From an uncultured virus (IMG/VR IMGVR_UViG_3300008111_000060) (taxonomy: Duplodnaviria; Heunggongvirae; Uroviricota; Caudoviricetes), in the IMG/VR virus record IMGVR_UViG_3300008111_000060: 20,000 nt of DNA; one strand, written 5' to 3'. Below the pieces are notes generated by a model. That model saw nothing but the letters and a program-made list of their open reading frames with translations, did not search any database and was not told the origin of the DNA. Shown here piece by piece: positions 17,118 to 20,000 of the stretch; the first letter of the stretch is position 1; each line of letters begins with the position of its first letter. The translations under genes and the position numbers were made by a program.

Positions 17118-20000
17118 AAAGTTAATTGAAAATGGTTTAATTGAAAATGGTGTACCAACAGATTTTAAAGGTACCAGAGAACAATGGGATGATATTAAAT
17201 CTGAAGCAGAAAGAAAAAGAAAATCTAAAAACTATACCATATACAAAAAATACGAGGATAATCTTAAGCTTTTGACTAAGCAGAAAAAAGAAGAGCTCCT
17301 TGAAGAGATGGATTGGAAAATGGTTAGTGGTGTTCCAAAAGGAAGCATAGAAGATCTTGTTAAGTTTGTTAGAAAAGAATTAACTAGAGAAGATCTTGCT
17401 CAACATGAAATTGATTTTGTTGATTTAGCATCTGGAGGTAAAAAGCTTAAGCATGATTTATCAATGTCAAGTTCTGCTAACAAGATTGAAAAGTTACTAA
17501 ACAGTATTGTTACAAACAGATTAATTAAGCAAAAGATTAATGGTGAAGGACTTATTCAAATATCTGGTGCAGGGTTTGAAACTAAGAATGCTTGGTTAGA
17601 TGCTAGATCTGCTACAGAAGAAGAACTTAAAAAGTGGGGTACAAATGATTTACCTACATATTATAAGAAAGCTGATGGTACAACGGCAGCTATGAAAGTA
17701 AAAGTTGCTTTACAAGGTAACTTTAAAAAGCTTTTGAATCTTAAAGATGTAAATGATTTAGCTAAGGAGCGTCAAATACCTAAGATAGATGCTTTAAATA
17801 TTTTAATCAAAGATGAAAAATGGTTAGATAAAGAAGACAATCGCAAACTATTAACAATGGTTGGTGTAAGGATCCCGGTGCAAGGTATCAACTCTGCCGA
17901 GTTTATGGAGGTGTATGAGTTTCTACCGGAGAATGCGGGTAATATTATTGTACCACCAGCAGAGATTGTTGCTAAGTCAGGATCTGACTTTGACATTGAT
18001 AAGCTTACTGTTATGATGCCTAACATAGGTGTCTACAATAATGAGGTAAAGCTTATTAAGTTTGATCCTAAAAATAAGAGAACCAAAAAAGATATACAGG
18101 AAAGTCTTAATGAAGCTTATGAGAATAAGCTTAATATTAAGATTATGTATGAAGAATGGTTTAAAGAAGACAAAGAAAGCAAAGCTTTTAAAGTTTTAAC
18201 CGAAGAAGAGAAGGCTCTTATTGAAAAGCTTAAACAAGAATATGGTTCTAGATTAAAAGAAATTAATGATCAACTTAATCCTCTTAAATATTCTTGGGAA
18301 AAGTTACGCAGAGAACAAGGTGCTAAGTATTATACATCTTCAGAGTTTTTAGAAATAGAAGAACAGATTATTAATCTTACAGCTCAGAAAGAATCTTTAT
18401 TTAAAGATTTCTCTGATAATAAAGAATTCTATAAATCTACTTTTTACAGTGATAAAGTTAGACAGCTTAGAGAAAAAGAAGAACAAGATATTCAAAAAGC
18501 TAATGAAGAAATTGCAAAATTAAAAGAAGAGTTAGATGCAACTTCTACCAAAGGTATTGAGAATGACTTGTTATTTAATATCAAAGAGATGTTAGAGTTA
18601 CCTAGTAACTTTGTTGCTTTGATTACTCCTAATAGCACTGACATAGCTCAGCCTATAGCCGATGATTTATCCTACTTCGTAAACCAGTATAACCAGAAAG
18701 ATAATTTGATGGGCACTGCTTCAAAAGAGCAACTTGATTTCTTAAAAGAAGATCCATCTGTTATGAGTGGTACTCGTGTATTAGAAGTTGGATACAATTT
18801 ATTTAAACATGCTAATAACAATATTGGTAAAGCTGTATTAGGTATCGGTGCTGTAGACAATACTATGAATGCTATATTTAATCGTGTTGGTGCCTACATG
18901 AATCCTACAGCTATTGTTAGATATAGTAACAATAAAAAAACTACAAAAGTAAGACAAACCATATTAGCTGATCATAATAAAATGATGGTCGATGGTAAAG
19001 AGTGTATTTCTCTTTCTGATTTATATGACTACAACAAAGAAAATAGTATTAGCGATGTTATATCTCAATTGATAAATGGTTGGGTGGATGTTGCTAAGGA
19101 TGCATGGATCTTTAACTTACAAGGTAATAGAGAGATTACTCCTACTTTGTTATTCATGGTACAAGCAGGTGTTCCTTTAAGAACAGCTGTGTACATGGTT
19201 TCTCAACCTATCATTAGAGAATATGTTGAAGAACAAAGATTACGTCAAAGTACTTTTTCTCCTATTATGGGTAATGAATCTAAGAGTAGAGGATTTATAC
19301 AGTTTGATGCTAAAAAGAAAATGTTGGAGAAATATTTTCCTGAAAAGTTTATTCTAAGTGATGAAGCAAAGGAAGAAGCTTATGATAAAAATGGATTAGA
19401 AGGTATAGAGATTGCTACTAATGCTTTATTTAGTAAACCAAGAATACAAGAGTTCACTGTAGATGAAACAGATAGAGCTTTTAGAGATAACAACAATAAA
19501 ATGAATCCTAGTACTCTATATAAAAATATAGTAGATTACAAAGAGGATCCTAATAAAGAAATCAGCGACTATGAGAAAGCTGTGTTGTTACACTACTTTG
19601 AATTAGAAGACATGGCCAAAGCAGTTAAAGATGTTAAGAAGGCTATGAACTTTGATACAAGCAAAGACAGTAACATCTTTGAAGCTCAGAATAGAACAGC
19701 TATAATTGCTAAGCTAAAAGAAAACGATAGAATACCTACAGATATAGTAGATAAGATACTAGAGAATTCTCCTATTAGTAGTTTCTATATATCTGAGTTC
19801 CAAACTCAAATATGGGAACCTTTATTTAAGTTGAGAAATCATGAAGTGTTTAACCAGTTTATCATTGATAAGATGGGTAATCAACAGTTTTATGATGATG
19901 TTCAATCAACTTTTGGAGACTCAGAATCTTTTGTTAATAGTTTTAGAAATGATTTAATAAGTATGATATATCAAAATGCTTTGAAAGATTTTGATATAAG
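17098..20000 (+). CDS. crAss-like virion RNA polymerase, catalytic C-terminal part (3'-truncated; missing from the ORF track)
   Basis: Manual translation of frame 1 is open from just after TAA 17095-17097 to the window end. It reads FSTQLRKLIENG..., VGVRIPVQG (R at 17869), AKSGSDFDIDKL (DFDID = 17986-18000), GKAVLGIGAV (18826-18855) and INGWVDVAKD (19072-19101). DFDID is the catalytic motif of phi14:2 gp66-type two-barrel RNAPs. The first in-frame ATG is at 17308. Confidence 0.9.
17122..17152 (+). repeat. Short tandem direct repeat encoding LIENG-LIENG
   Basis: TTAATTGAAAATGGT occurs twice in tandem (17122-17136 and 17137-17151), about 20 nt after the frame break. Confidence 0.8.

Noticed and set aside
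17115..17129. TAG-to-Gln stop-codon reassignment (known in some crAss-like phages) as the explanation for the RNAP break
   Set aside because: Reading through TAG in frame 3 hits TGA four codons later (TAG AAA GTT AAT TGA), and the conserved sequence continues in a different frame. The other multi-kb ORFs are intact under the standard code.
17090..17310. Group I intron or intein interrupting the RNAP gene
   Set aside because: There is no intervening non-coding or endonuclease sequence; protein-like sequence resumes immediately at 17101, so sequence appears to be missing rather than inserted.
17986..18000. Cellular rpoC
   Set aside because: The motif is GSDFDID rather than NADFDGD, and there is no rpoB or ribosomal-protein context.
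338..18860. Short alternative-frame and minus-strand ORFs in the track (60-135 aa)
   Set aside because: All lie wholly within long + strand genes and show the Ser/Leu/Phe/Ile-rich composition expected of shadow frames; no motifs were recognised.
17308..20000. Naturally split RNAP with an independent gene starting at ATG 17308
   Set aside because: Not favoured, because the 69 codons upstream (FSTQLRKLI...) are open, show the same codon bias and look like a conserved RNAP block that would be left untranslated.
1..20000. CRISPR array, tRNA, rRNA or IS element
   Set aside because: The window is almost fully coding, with only 66-nt and 6-nt gaps; no regularly spaced repeats, cloverleaf or transposase motifs were seen.

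Overview
AT-rich, gene-dense window with four giant genes, all on the + strand, in the standard genetic code and without Shine-Dalgarno motifs. It is most likely the virion-core ('ejected cargo') module of a crAss-like / phi14:2-like Bacteroidota phage. The genes are a 5'-truncated structural/cargo protein (<1..2253), a 1016-aa probable core protein (2320..5370), a 1870-aa protein with hydrophobic N-terminal segments and a zincin HExxH domain (5377..10989), and a very large virion RNA polymerase-like gene starting at about 10986. The polymerase reading frame is broken at about 17100. Frame 3 stops at 17117, while an ORF missing from the supplied track opens in frame 1 at 17098 and runs off the window; it carries RIPVQG...GSDFDIDKL, the two-barrel RNAP catalytic DxDxD motif. 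Joined, the two parts give a zincin-RNAP polyprotein of over 3000 aa. An assembly deletion is the likeliest cause of the break, but a real lesion or recoding is not excluded. Family assignments rest on motif recognition from memory; no database search was run.
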